DNA from: a virus
Taxonomy: Duplodnaviria; Heunggongvirae; Uroviricota; Caudoviricetes
DNA: 64,000 nt
Direction: 5' to 3' (one strand)
IMG/VR virus record: IMGVR_UViG_3300023174_000099
Location: 1 to 64,000 of that record
Under the pieces are notes generated by a model. That model was given only the letters and a program-made list of their open reading frames with translations, did no database searches and was not told the origin of the DNA. The position numbers and the translations under genes are program-made. Positions 44,529 through 54,142 of the stretch are shown here, in pieces (the first letter of the stretch is position 1; each line of letters begins with the position of its first letter).

Positions 44529-45036
44529 GTATAGAAATGAGATTCCTTTAAATACTCTGAAGGCGTGGCGAGACCAAGTTCTCGCCACAGCCAACTTCCA
44601 ACCTATTGGCTGGACTGGATTACCTAAGGAACCTTATAGACACTGGGCCGCTTATCCGAAGAATGATGAGCTTTATAAGTCTATATTTGATTGTATGAAT
44701 TATTCTTTCAAGGAAGATGGTTTTAATCTCAAGCCTGAAAGAACAATCGTAAATATGTACAACCACGGAGATAGTTCATGGTTGCATACAGATTCTGAAG
44801 AAGGTATTTGCTGGACTGCTATTCTATTTATGAATGAGTACTGGAACAGCAATTGGGGTGGGGACTTCGTTATGGTAGACTCCGATGGGGAGATACTACA
44901 CGCAGCTGCCCCTACTCCCGGTAAGTTTATTCTATTCCGTGGTGATATTCTTCACGGTGCTAGACCAGTATCTAGAGAAGCCCAGTTCGCCAGAATGGGA
45001 GTTGCGTTTCAGTGTATAAACGATTTGAAGATGTAA
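44503..45036 (+). CDS. 2OG-Fe(II) oxygenase (prolyl 4-hydroxylase-like)
   Basis: HxD...H triad: WLHTDSEE ... ILHGARPV. Confidence 0.55.
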   Translation: MRNSMEYYEYRNEIPLNTLKAWRDQVLATANFQPIGWTGLPKEPYRHWAAYPKNDELYKSIFDCMNYSFKEDGFNLKPERTIVNMYNHGDSSWLHTDSEEGICWTAILFMNEYWNSNWGGDFVMVDSDGEILHAAAPTPGKFILFRGDILHGARPVSREAQFARMGVAFQCINDLKM

Positions 45037-45509
45037 AAAATATACGATTCCCAGTATATCCGCTACCCTCTAATGACTGGTATCGTCAAGATGGAATGTT
45101 ATTTATTAATAATGGAAAAGTCTTAGATGATAAAAATATGCCTGGAGCTAGTCTAGGTGTAAGGCGTTTACAATGCGGAAGAACGGATTTACAAAGCCTA
45201 AGAAGAGCCTATCCAGACTTTTTAAGTATGCTACAAAGTAAGAATAAAATCTTTATAGATAGCAATGGAGTTCCTTTCATATATGAAAGAACTATAAATG
45301 CTCCCCTTATACATCACAGGGTCAAACGAATGGAACAGAAAGAAGGTGTAACAGTTATTCAGCTAGAACGAATAACTTCCTTTTTCTCTGTGCCTAGGCC
45401 TCCCTACGGGGATGCCAGATACGCAAGGGTACTTTATTATAGAGGGTATCCTTGGCTAATTTATGACTTTACGCTCGAAAAGGGCAAGGACTCTTTTAGA
45501 AGAGTATGA
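45012..45509 (+). CDS. Hypothetical protein (165 aa)
   Basis: ORF track. Confidence 0.45.
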   Translation: MYKRFEDVKNIRFPVYPLPSNDWYRQDGMLFINNGKVLDDKNMPGASLGVRRLQCGRTDLQSLRRAYPDFLSMLQSKNKIFIDSNGVPFIYERTINAPLIHHRVKRMEQKEGVTVIQLERITSFFSVPRPPYGDARYARVLYYRGYPWLIYDFTLEKGKDSFRRV

Positions 45510-45515
45510 GTAATC

Positions 45516-46193
45516 ATGGGTAACAGAAAAAGAAGTGGTGCGCCAAAGCAACAAGAATTTCACTTGAAGTACGTGCAGCCACTTACTGATAACCAAGCCC
45601 TAGTGCTTGGTAGTAATAAGAGCCAGGTTCTAATGGGGTACGCCGGTACAGGTAAAACTTTGTTAGCATCTTATTTAGCATATAAAGCTATCTTTGAAGA
45701 TAGAGAGTTTGATAAACTTATCTATATGAGAAGTGCCGTACCAACTAGAAATATTGGATTTCTACCAGGTACGGACAAAGAAAAGATTGCCGTTTATGAA
45801 GCCCCCTATGTCGACACAGCTAATAAGCTGCTGGGTCGAGGTGACGCATACGAAATTCTGAAAGCAAAGGGAGTGGTTCATTTTAGTTCTACTTCGTTTG
45901 TTAGAGGTATTAATCTAGACAATACCATTCTAATCGTTGATGAGTGCCAGAATATGAGCTATCATGAACTAGATTCTATTATTACCCGACTTGAGGAAAA
46001 TTGTAGAGTATATTTCTGCGGTGACATGAGACAGGCCGATCTAGCTAATAATGGACTTAAAGACTTTTTCAAGGTGCTTAAGTCCATGGGCGAATTCGAT
46101 TTCACAGAGTTTCAAAAAGAAGATATTGTCCGCAGTCAATTAGTTAAAAACTATATTATTAAAAAGGAAGAGGTCTTAGGACGTCTTAGCTAA
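45516..46193 (+). CDS. phoH: PhoH-like ATPase
   Basis: Walker A GYAGTGKTLLA, LIVDECQN. Confidence 0.7.
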   Translation: MGNRKRSGAPKQQEFHLKYVQPLTDNQALVLGSNKSQVLMGYAGTGKTLLASYLAYKAIFEDREFDKLIYMRSAVPTRNIGFLPGTDKEKIAVYEAPYVDTANKLLGRGDAYEILKAKGVVHFSSTSFVRGINLDNTILIVDECQNMSYHELDSIITRLEENCRVYFCGDMRQADLANNGLKDFFKVLKSMGEFDFTEFQKEDIVRSQLVKNYIIKKEEVLGRLS

Positions 46194-46224
46194 GAGGGTA
46201 GTACGACTACCTATTTGAGGTTTT

Positions 46225-47529
46225 ATGAAAGCAATTATAAGTAATAAAATCTATATGGTAGTAGAGCCAGCTTTGCATCGGGCATTAGAGAAGGAACTTA
46301 CGTACAAAGTTCCTTCTTACAACGCACCTGATCAATTTACGATTATTAAAAATCTAAAGGTAATCAATTTCAATATCGCCGGAGGAAAGATGCTAGTAGC
46401 CTTTCCAGTTGGTAGAACCGATTTAATTCCTAAAGGTTATTCAGTCGAAGATAAGCGGTCATACAATCAAATAGAAGATTTTCCAAAGTTCCAATTCGAA
46501 CTGAGGCCAAGCCAAAAAGAGATAGTGTACGATATGCAGGATAACTGCATCATCAACGCTAAGGTGGGTTTTGGTAAAACATTCTGCGGGCTTGCTCTTG
46601 CAGCGAGACTAAAAGAGAAAACACTGGTCGTGACACATACTGTTGCCCTTAGAAACCAGTGGGAGAAAGAAGTAGTAAAGACACTAGGTATCAAGCCCGG
46701 TATTATTGGTAGTGGTAAATTTAATATTGATAGCCCAATTGTGGTATCTAATATTCAATCACTAGTTAAATATATACCACAGCTTAATAGGGAGTTTGGT
46801 TTGCTAATCGTGGACGAAATGCACCACGTTAGTAGTCCTACTTTTACCAAAGTAGTGGATGCTATGTTCTCTAGATACAAGGTCGGACTCTCGGGTACAA
46901 TTGAGAGAAAAGATCAGAAGCACGTAGTATTCAAAGATTACTTTGGCTCTAAAATTTATAGACCAGAACGAGAGAATACGATGACACCAACTGTTGATGT
47001 TATCAATAGTGGGGTAGCTTTCTCGAATACTAATGCCTCCTGGGCTGAAAAAGTTAATGTGCTAAAAGAATCATATCTTTATAAGAATCTCGTAGTTCGT
47101 CTAGCAGATCACTATTCCTCTCTAGGACATAAGGTTCTTATTGTATCGGACAGAGTAGAGTTTCTTAAAGAATGTTCTGAGTTATCCGAGTATCCCTCAG
47201 AAGTTCTTATTGGTGCGCTAAAGGAAGATCAAAGAGAAGAAGTCATAAATAAGATTTCCTCTGGTGAAGTAAAGCAACTGTGGTCTACACAGAGCTTAGT
47301 CTCAGAAGGTATTTCTATTAACCCTCTAAGCTGTATTATTCTAGGGACTCCCCTAAATAATATGCCGCTGTTAGAGCAGCTTATAGGTCGTATTCAGCGA
47401 CAGGCAGAGGGTAAGCTCGATCCAGTAGTAGTTGATATTAAACTAGAGGGCTGGACCGTAAATAATCAGTTTAATAACAGGCTTGGGCATTACATGAAAC
47501 AGGGCTATGAAATTAATTTCATAAAATAG
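46225..47529 (+). CDS. SF2 DNA helicase (DEAH box; UvsW/RecG-like)
   Basis: Walker A AKVGFGKTF, DEMHH box, motif VI QLIGRIQRQ. Confidence 0.65.
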   Translation: MKAIISNKIYMVVEPALHRALEKELTYKVPSYNAPDQFTIIKNLKVINFNIAGGKMLVAFPVGRTDLIPKGYSVEDKRSYNQIEDFPKFQFELRPSQKEIVYDMQDNCIINAKVGFGKTFCGLALAARLKEKTLVVTHTVALRNQWEKEVVKTLGIKPGIIGSGKFNIDSPIVVSNIQSLVKYIPQLNREFGLLIVDEMHHVSSPTFTKVVDAMFSRYKVGLSGTIERKDQKHVVFKDYFGSKIYRPERENTMTPTVDVINSGVAFSNTNASWAEKVNVLKESYLYKNLVVRLADHYSSLGHKVLIVSDRVEFLKECSELSEYPSEVLIGALKEDQREEVINKISSGEVKQLWSTQSLVSEGISINPLSCIILGTPLNNMPLLEQLIGRIQRQAEGKLDPVVVDIKLEGWTVNNQFNNRLGHYMKQGYEINFIK

Positions 47530-47530
47530 T

Positions 47531-47559
47531 TCTTGACATGACGCTCAATTTTTGGTAAT
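47531..47559 (+). promoter_or_regulatory. sigma70 promoter: atagttcTTGACA-17-TAATAT
   Basis: TTGACAtgacgctcaatttttggTAATAT. Confidence 0.55.
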
Positions 47560-47605
47560 ATGTTACTCTATAGTTGGAAGAAGATATATAGAAAGTCAGG
47601 AGGTA

Positions 47606-47955
47606 TGTCTTCTAGGATAATACTTATTCTAAAGACAATGCTAAACACGACTATTCCTAAAAACAGATGGGATCCAACTTATAAATACTTTTATGAGGAC
47701 TTCTCCGGGACTAGTTTCCTGATAAATCCTTATGATCTCCTACAAAACAGTTTCCGATGGACAAAAAAAGAAATCGGTGACTATGTAGGATTAGCGAGCT
47801 TTCGTAGCTTAGGGGAATACAGAGCTACAGGAAAGAAAACCTTAGACCTAGCCCATAGCCCCATTGGGATAGACGCTATAAACAAAAACAGACTACTTCG
47901 GGTAGAAAACGGTGAGATCCACTTCTACTACGAAGATTACACAAAGGAGAAATAA
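47606..47955 (+). CDS. Hypothetical protein
   Basis: ORF 47560..47955 trimmed to ATG 47606 after RBS caggaggt. Confidence 0.45.
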
Positions 47956-47956
47956 C

Positions 47957-48598
47957 ATGGCAGGTATCGGTTTTGGTTCAGTTAAGGGTTCAGCAAAGAA
48001 AGAAAAGGCTGACCAGTATAAGTATGTAGACGGCGACAACTCAGTTCGTCTTTTCGGGAATATTCTTCCACGGTACGTCTACTGGATTAAGGGAACCAAT
48101 GGTAAAAACCTACCTTTTGAATGTCTAGAGTTCAATCGTGAAACAGAGTCTTTTGACAAGGCTGAGAAGGATTGGGTAAAGGAATACTTCCCAGACCTTA
48201 AGTGCAGCTGGTCGTATTCTATGATGGGTCTAGACAAAGACAACAAGCCTGTTGTCTTTAACTTCAAGAAAAAGCTATTCGATCAGATCATGTCTAACAT
48301 TGACGATCTTGGCGATCCAACTGATCCAGAAAATGGTTGGGTTCTAAAGTTCAACAAGAAGAAGACTGGTCCCCTACCAATTAACGTAGAGTATACTCTT
48401 CAAACTGTTAAGTGCCTCAATTCAAAGGGTCCACTTAAAGCAGCTGAGGTTGAAGCAATTGCTTCAGCTAAGCCAATCGAAGAAGTTATTCCTCGTGCTA
48501 CACCACAGGCACAAAAGGAGCTTCTAGAGAAGATTGTCAACGGTGACGGAAACGAAAACGTTGATGAAAGCGTTGAAGAAGAACTAAACGCTATCTAA
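47957..48598 (+). CDS. Single-stranded DNA-binding protein (T7 gp2.5-like, acidic C-terminal tail)
   Basis: Start after RBS aaaggagaaataac; acidic tail NVDESVEEELNAI; position in the replication module. Confidence 0.5.
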   Translation: MAGIGFGSVKGSAKKEKADQYKYVDGDNSVRLFGNILPRYVYWIKGTNGKNLPFECLEFNRETESFDKAEKDWVKEYFPDLKCSWSYSMMGLDKDNKPVVFNFKKKLFDQIMSNIDDLGDPTDPENGWVLKFNKKKTGPLPINVEYTLQTVKCLNSKGPLKAAEVEAIASAKPIEEVIPRATPQAQKELLEKIVNGDGNENVDESVEEELNAI

Positions 48599-48602
48599 AA
48601 AG

Positions 48603-48640
48603 TAAGCCCAGGGCGCATAAAGTGTCCTGGGCTTCTTATT
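48603..48640 (+). terminator. Rho-independent terminator: gcccagg...cctgggc + TTCTT
   Basis: Hairpin plus T-rich tail. Confidence 0.55.
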
Positions 48641-48649
48641 CGGAGTATT

Positions 48650-49615
48650 ATGAAAACATTACTAATTGCTGATGTACATATAAAGCTAGGGCAAAAGAAT
48701 GTTCCAAAAGAGTGGGCGTATAACAGATACGAGCTATTCTTTAAACAAGTTGCCGAGGTTGAAAAACAGGTTGATCAAATTATCATTCCCGGAGATATAT
48801 TTGATCGTATGCCTAATCTAGATGAGCTAAAACTTTACTTTAAGTTTATTGCTCAGCGAAAGAAGCGTACAATAATCTCAACGGGAAATCACGAGTCTAC
48901 AAAGAAAGGAAAGAGTTTCTTTACGGAGCTTAAAGAAGTCTCAGAAAGTCTCAATCCTTTAGTAGAAGTGGTAGTAGATTATATATTCAAACACGATGAG
49001 TTTTATGTAGTTCCATATGAATACGTAAAGCACGAAACAACATGGCAAGATCTCGATCCTAGACCAGTGTTTACTCACGTTAGAGCAGAAATACTACCAC
49101 ACGTTAAATCTGAAATTCCACTAGAGTGGCTGGATAAGTTTCCTGTAGTTTTTGCAGGCGACTTACACTCACACTCTAATACTCAGAGAAATATCGTCTA
49201 TCCGGGTAGCCCAATGACTACATCCTTTCACAGGAACGAAGTAGACACTGGATATATCATAATTGATAGTGATAATGATTGGGATTGGACTTGGCATGCC
49301 TTTGATTTACCCCAGCTTATTCGTAAGACGGTATCGTCTCCTGATGAAATGGTTCCAACGGACTTTCATCATACGATCTATGAGTTAGAAGGTAGCATCA
49401 AGGACTTAGCGAAGATAGACAACACTGAGCTTCTGGACAAGAAGATTGTGAAGCGCAAGAGTGATACGGCGCTAGTTCTGGATAAGAAGATGACTATTCC
49501 AGAAGAACTGGCTGAGTACTTGCGATATATTCAAGAGTTACCAGAAGATCAAGTTGAATCTATAATGGGAGTATTTAATGAGTACGGTAGTACTACAATC
49601 AATAGAGTGGGATAA
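48650..49615 (+). CDS. sbcD: SbcD/Mre11-like nuclease
   Basis: Metallophosphoesterase motifs ADVHI, PGDIFD, GNHE. Confidence 0.7.
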   Translation: MKTLLIADVHIKLGQKNVPKEWAYNRYELFFKQVAEVEKQVDQIIIPGDIFDRMPNLDELKLYFKFIAQRKKRTIISTGNHESTKKGKSFFTELKEVSESLNPLVEVVVDYIFKHDEFYVVPYEYVKHETTWQDLDPRPVFTHVRAEILPHVKSEIPLEWLDKFPVVFAGDLHSHSNTQRNIVYPGSPMTTSFHRNEVDTGYIIIDSDNDWDWTWHAFDLPQLIRKTVSSPDEMVPTDFHHTIYELEGSIKDLAKIDNTELLDKKIVKRKSDTALVLDKKMTIPEELAEYLRYIQELPEDQVESIMGVFNEYGSTTINRVG

Positions 49616-51380
49616 GTGCTTTAGCTTTGGCGACAATAATAAAGTCGATCTAAGCAAAGAAGCAGTTACTCAGATTATTGCTCCTAATGGGTTTGGAAAG
49701 TCTTCTATTCCACTTATCATGGAAGAAGCCCTTTATAATAAGAACTCAAAGGGAGCTAAGAAAGCAGACATTCCAAACAGACTATTGGATGGAAGCTACA
49801 ATATTAAACTAGTATTCTCGATTGATAGTCAAGAATACACGGTGGATATCGCTAGAAAAAGTGGTGCCATCAAGATTAAGCTTTCGAATGAAGGCACTGA
49901 TATTAGCAGTCACACAGCTACTAATACATTCAAGCAGATAGAAGAACTTCTTGGAATGGATTTCAAAACATTCCAGCAATTGATTTATCAATCGACAAAT
50001 TCTTCTCTCGCATTTTTGACTGCTACAGACACAGCCCGAAAAAAATTCTTGATCGATCTATTTGACCTCGAAGACTATACGAAGTTGTTTGAGGTTTTTA
50101 AGGAGGCCGCGAAGTCCCTAGGGACGGAAGTGACCTCACTCGACTCTCGAATCGAGACTATCAATAAGTGGCTATCTAATAACTCTAAGCTAGATTTGGA
50201 ATTAAAAGATATTGAGGAATTACCAGAACGACCAGATTTTAGCTCTGAAGTTGGTAATTTGAACTCAAAATTATCTAATATAAAATCTCACAACGATTCG
50301 ATTAAGAAAAATAATACGGTTCGTAAACTTATAGATGCCATTGATATTGAAGAACTTAGAAATGTCAATGTTACGAAAGAATCATACGATGATATTCAGG
50401 GTGACATTGGACAGTTAAAATCTGCAAAGCAATCTGCTGACGCTGTAGTGCAAAAGCTAAAGGGTCTAAAGGATAAGTGTCCTACGTGTCTACAGGACAT
50501 TGATAAAGAATTCTATGATGGTCTACTTAATAGTAATACTACTAACTCTAATGAATATACGGCTCGCATTAAAGAACTAGAAGCAGAGGTAGATCGGATC
50601 AAAAAGAATAATCGTCTTTTTGATATGACTCAGGAACAGATAAAGGAATGGGAGCAACTGAACGCGTCTCTCAATCCCAATCTTAGTTCTAGCTTACTCA
50701 GTGCTTCTGATATTGAAGACGAGCTAGTCGTAATAAAGAATACACTAGCTAAAGTAGACGCCGAAATTTCTAAGGTAACGGCTCTCAACAATGAGGCGCT
50801 AAAGCATAACTCTAAGATAAACGTATATCTAGAGCAGAATGAGAAGTTTTCTGAAGAGCTAAAGGAAGCTAGGGAACAACTAGTATCTTTAACTGACAAG
50901 TATAAAAACTTAGAGGTTCTTAAGAAGGCATTTAGCACTAATGGTCTGATCGCCTATAAGCTAGAGAATCTAGTCAAGGACTTAGAAGTTCATACTAACG
51001 AGTACCTAGCGGAGTTATCGGATGGAAGATTTACAATCGAGTTCTCAATTAGTTCTGACAAACTTAACGTCATTGTCACAGATGAGGGGAAAGAGATCAG
51101 TATCTCTGCTCCATCATCAGGGGAAATGGCAAGAATTAATATTTCTACCTTACTCGCCATCAGAAAGCTCATGTCTAGTATCTCGAAGAATACAATTAAC
51201 GTATTGTTCCTTGACGAAGTCATTAGTGTGCTCGATGACTATGGACGAGAAAGATTAGTAGAAGTCCTACTGCAAGAAGAAGGACTCAATACTTTCCTAG
51301 TCAGTCATGGCTGGCAGCACCCCCTACTTACTAAGTTAATCATAACCAAAAAAGACGGTATAAGCCGTATAGAGACGTAA
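49578..51380 (+). CDS. sbcC: SbcC/Rad50-like ATPase
   Basis: Walker A APNGFGKSS, long coiled coil with CPTC zinc hook, signature/Walker B SGEM...LFLDEV. Confidence 0.7.
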   Translation: MSTVVLQSIEWDKCFSFGDNNKVDLSKEAVTQIIAPNGFGKSSIPLIMEEALYNKNSKGAKKADIPNRLLDGSYNIKLVFSIDSQEYTVDIARKSGAIKIKLSNEGTDISSHTATNTFKQIEELLGMDFKTFQQLIYQSTNSSLAFLTATDTARKKFLIDLFDLEDYTKLFEVFKEAAKSLGTEVTSLDSRIETINKWLSNNSKLDLELKDIEELPERPDFSSEVGNLNSKLSNIKSHNDSIKKNNTVRKLIDAIDIEELRNVNVTKESYDDIQGDIGQLKSAKQSADAVVQKLKGLKDKCPTCLQDIDKEFYDGLLNSNTTNSNEYTARIKELEAEVDRIKKNNRLFDMTQEQIKEWEQLNASLNPNLSSSLLSASDIEDELVVIKNTLAKVDAEISKVTALNNEALKHNSKINVYLEQNEKFSEELKEAREQLVSLTDKYKNLEVLKKAFSTNGLIAYKLENLVKDLEVHTNEYLAELSDGRFTIEFSISSDKLNVIVTDEGKEISISAPSSGEMARINISTLLAIRKLMSSISKNTINVLFLDEVISVLDDYGRERLVEVLLQEEGLNTFLVSHGWQHPLLTKLIITKKDGISRIET

Positions 51381-51381
51381 C

Positions 51382-52167
51382 ATGCCGAAAAGGTGGACAG
51401 ATAAAGAAAAAGAGTTATTAGACAATAACTACTCAGAACTAGGCCCCAAAGGCTGTGCTAAATTATTAGACAGGCCGGAAGACTCTGTTAAAAGTATAGC
51501 CAACAAACGGGGACTTAAATACGATAATAAAAGTACTTGGAAGCCTCATGAGATTGAATTCTTAATAGAAGAACTAAATAATGGAAATACCCATGAGGCC
51601 ATAGGAGTTTTATTAAATAGAACAAAAAGCTCTGTTATGCACAAAGTGCAAAGATTAAGTCTATCTAGTTTAGGCAACTCCTGGGCGCATTTATCTGATA
51701 AAGAATTACTAGAATTAGTAGTAAAGTATAAAACAGCAGAAGAATTCGATAATAACATACATCTACCCAGTTATAAAACAATAGTTAAACGTTTCAAAGT
51801 GTCATGCTGGAACGATGTCAAGGCCTTAGCAGGCCTACCTATACATAAAAATACTGGTAGATACGATTACACTAAAGACGCTGTATTTTATATTCTGGAA
51901 TTTATAGATATAGATGGAACTTTTTTTAAGAAATATGGAGTAACTCAAAGATCTATAGAGCTAAGATATAAAGGAAGAAAAAACTTCAATATAATATATG
52001 AAAAAAGTTTTAGCTTACAAGAATCCCTAGATAAAGAGATAGAACTAGCTGAATCAACTAATAAATATATTCCTAAGGATCCTAAGTTTACTAAAGAGGG
52101 CCACGGTGGTTATACGGAGTGCTTTATAGACTACGCAACTAAGCCTAGCTGGATCGAAAATGATTAA
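51382..52167 (+). CDS. T5orf172/MUG113 domain protein with N-terminal Myb/SANT-like repeats (paralog 4)
   Basis: MPKRWTDKEKELL, WKPHEIEFLIEE; C-terminus ...GGYTECFI. Confidence 0.6.
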   Translation: MPKRWTDKEKELLDNNYSELGPKGCAKLLDRPEDSVKSIANKRGLKYDNKSTWKPHEIEFLIEELNNGNTHEAIGVLLNRTKSSVMHKVQRLSLSSLGNSWAHLSDKELLELVVKYKTAEEFDNNIHLPSYKTIVKRFKVSCWNDVKALAGLPIHKNTGRYDYTKDAVFYILEFIDIDGTFFKKYGVTQRSIELRYKGRKNFNIIYEKSFSLQESLDKEIELAESTNKYIPKDPKFTKEGHGGYTECFIDYATKPSWIEND

Positions 52168-52600
52168 TCCTCGCCAAAAAGGTAAAGTAGGTGAGAAGTT
52201 AGTTAAGGAGTTTCTTGAAAAGGAAACTCCTCATACTTTTGACTATACTCCCGGATCAGGTAGTGGCACTATAAAGGGGGATCTCATGATACCTCAGTAT
52301 AGAAATGTATTCTGCATCGAAGTAAAAAACTATGCAGAGTCTCCCATATCGGATAAGATTCTAACGAGTAAAACAAATGACTTCGTTCAGTGGTGGACTA
52401 AACTACAGAAACAAGCAAAGCCGCTCAGCCCTCTGTTATTCTTTAAGTATAACAGATCAAAGCTATTTGTAAGTACAGACATAAAGCCAGCGAACGTTGA
52501 GAAATATCTTGACATTCCGTGGCTAAACTGCTATATTATGGAAGCTAGTGAATGGATAAAGAAAGAAAATATAACATGGCTACATTTACCCAAGAAGTAA
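52160..52600 (+). CDS. VRR-NUC / PD-(D/E)xK nuclease
   Basis: GDLMIP...CIEVKNY...QWW pattern. Confidence 0.5.
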   Translation: MINPRQKGKVGEKLVKEFLEKETPHTFDYTPGSGSGTIKGDLMIPQYRNVFCIEVKNYAESPISDKILTSKTNDFVQWWTKLQKQAKPLSPLLFFKYNRSKLFVSTDIKPANVEKYLDIPWLNCYIMEASEWIKKENITWLHLPKK

Positions 52601-53418
52601 AACCAGACAGCAACATGATGATTGTTGACTGCATGAACGTTGCCTTTCGCTGGAAGCATTCAGGCGCTAGCAAGTTTGTAGACGAGTATATCGCTACAGT
52701 AATGTCCCTAGCTAAATCCTACAATGCTGGCACTATTATTGCCGCAGCAGACTGGGGTGGTTCCTCTTACCGTAAAACTCTTTTTCCAGAGTACAAAGCT
52801 AATCGCAAGGAACTTGTCGAGAAGCAGACCTCAGAAGAAAAAGAAGCATCTAGAAAGTTTTTTGATGAATATGAAAGAGTACTCGAAGCCCTTGACAAGC
52901 ATCCTCGAATTCAGCTCTTTAGATACCAAGGTGTCGAAGCCGACGATATTGCAGCGTATCTCGTATCTCGGCTACATGACTATGGCTTCGATCAAGCTTG
53001 GCTTATCAGTTCTGATCGTGACTGGGATCTGCTTGTTGGTCCTCATGTATCGCGGTTTTCTACGGTTACTCGGAAAGAAGTAACTCTAGATACTTGGGAT
53101 TATCCTGTGACTCCAGAGCAGTACATTTCCTACAAGGTTCTAATTGGAGATACTTCTGACAATATTCCTGGCATTCCAGGAGTAGGACCAAAGCGTGCTG
53201 CCGCTCTTATTGAAGAATATGGCTCCGCTTTGGACATATATGATGCGTGTCCATTACCCGGCAAACAAAAGTTTATTCAAGCAATAAATGAAAACAAAGA
53301 AACTATACCAACAAATTATGAATTGATGGATCTAGTTTCTTTTTGCCAAGAAGCCGTAGGTCATAATAATATTAATGATATCGGCAGGAGACTAGTATAT
53401 GGCAGCAAGAATAACTGA
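52576..53418 (+). CDS. 5'-3' exonuclease / flap endonuclease (T4 RNaseH-like)
   Basis: MMIVDCMNVAFRW, VEADDIAAYL, GDTSDNIPGIPGVGPKRAAALI (H3TH). Confidence 0.7.
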   Translation: MATFTQEVKPDSNMMIVDCMNVAFRWKHSGASKFVDEYIATVMSLAKSYNAGTIIAAADWGGSSYRKTLFPEYKANRKELVEKQTSEEKEASRKFFDEYERVLEALDKHPRIQLFRYQGVEADDIAAYLVSRLHDYGFDQAWLISSDRDWDLLVGPHVSRFSTVTRKEVTLDTWDYPVTPEQYISYKVLIGDTSDNIPGIPGVGPKRAAALIEEYGSALDIYDACPLPGKQKFIQAINENKETIPTNYELMDLVSFCQEAVGHNNINDIGRRLVYGSKNN

Positions 53419-54142
53419 TGAAGAAATAAACTCTAGACTATCTAACAAAAGGAATAGTGAATACCTGTTAGATGGACCTAGTAAGGGCATAAAAACTAAG
53501 ACAAGAGTTAAACACATTACATGTGGTGACTCATGGGAAGTAATTCCTCATGATGTTATCAGAGGTGTTAGCACTTGTCCAAAATGTGCTGTAGCTAAAA
53601 GGCGTACTATAGAAGAAGCTAACGTACAAATGAATGAGCTAACTTCAGGTGAGTATGAAATTGTAGGAAAATACTCAGGTGTTAAGACAAAAGCAGAAAT
53701 AAGACATAAATCTTGTGGGTATACCTGGGACACCCTACCACACGATATTAATCGTGGCGCTAGTAGATGTTTGAACTGTACTCCAAGTAAGGATTCAGGA
53801 TTTGATAAAACTAAACCCGCTAGTTTATATTTTCTATCTTTTACCGTAGACAGTGAACCCTACTTTAAAATAGGAATTACAAATAGAACAGTAGAAGCTA
53901 GATATTCCAATGAGCCTTATCCCTTTGATATTATTTGGCAGTTGAATTTTGATAAAGGTATTGTAGCATTAGAGCTAGAAAAGCACTTTTTAAATAAGTA
54001 CAAAAGCTATCTAGTTAATACTAAGGCTTTAATATCTGGTAATTATGAAACAATTAGTAAGTTCATAGAACTTAAAGAGGCTACTGAACAAGCCAGTATA
54101 GTTATGGAGAAATTAAATAATGCTAAAAGTAACAAAGCGTGA
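53399..54142 (+). CDS. T5orf172/MUG113 domain protein with two N-terminal zinc-ribbon repeats (paralog 5)
   Basis: CGDSWEV..CPKC and CGYTWDT..CLNC; C-terminal LYFLSFTVDSEPYFKIGIT. Confidence 0.6.
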   Translation: MAARITDEEINSRLSNKRNSEYLLDGPSKGIKTKTRVKHITCGDSWEVIPHDVIRGVSTCPKCAVAKRRTIEEANVQMNELTSGEYEIVGKYSGVKTKAEIRHKSCGYTWDTLPHDINRGASRCLNCTPSKDSGFDKTKPASLYFLSFTVDSEPYFKIGITNRTVEARYSNEPYPFDIIWQLNFDKGIVALELEKHFLNKYKSYLVNTKALISGNYETISKFIELKEATEQASIVMEKLNNAKSNKA

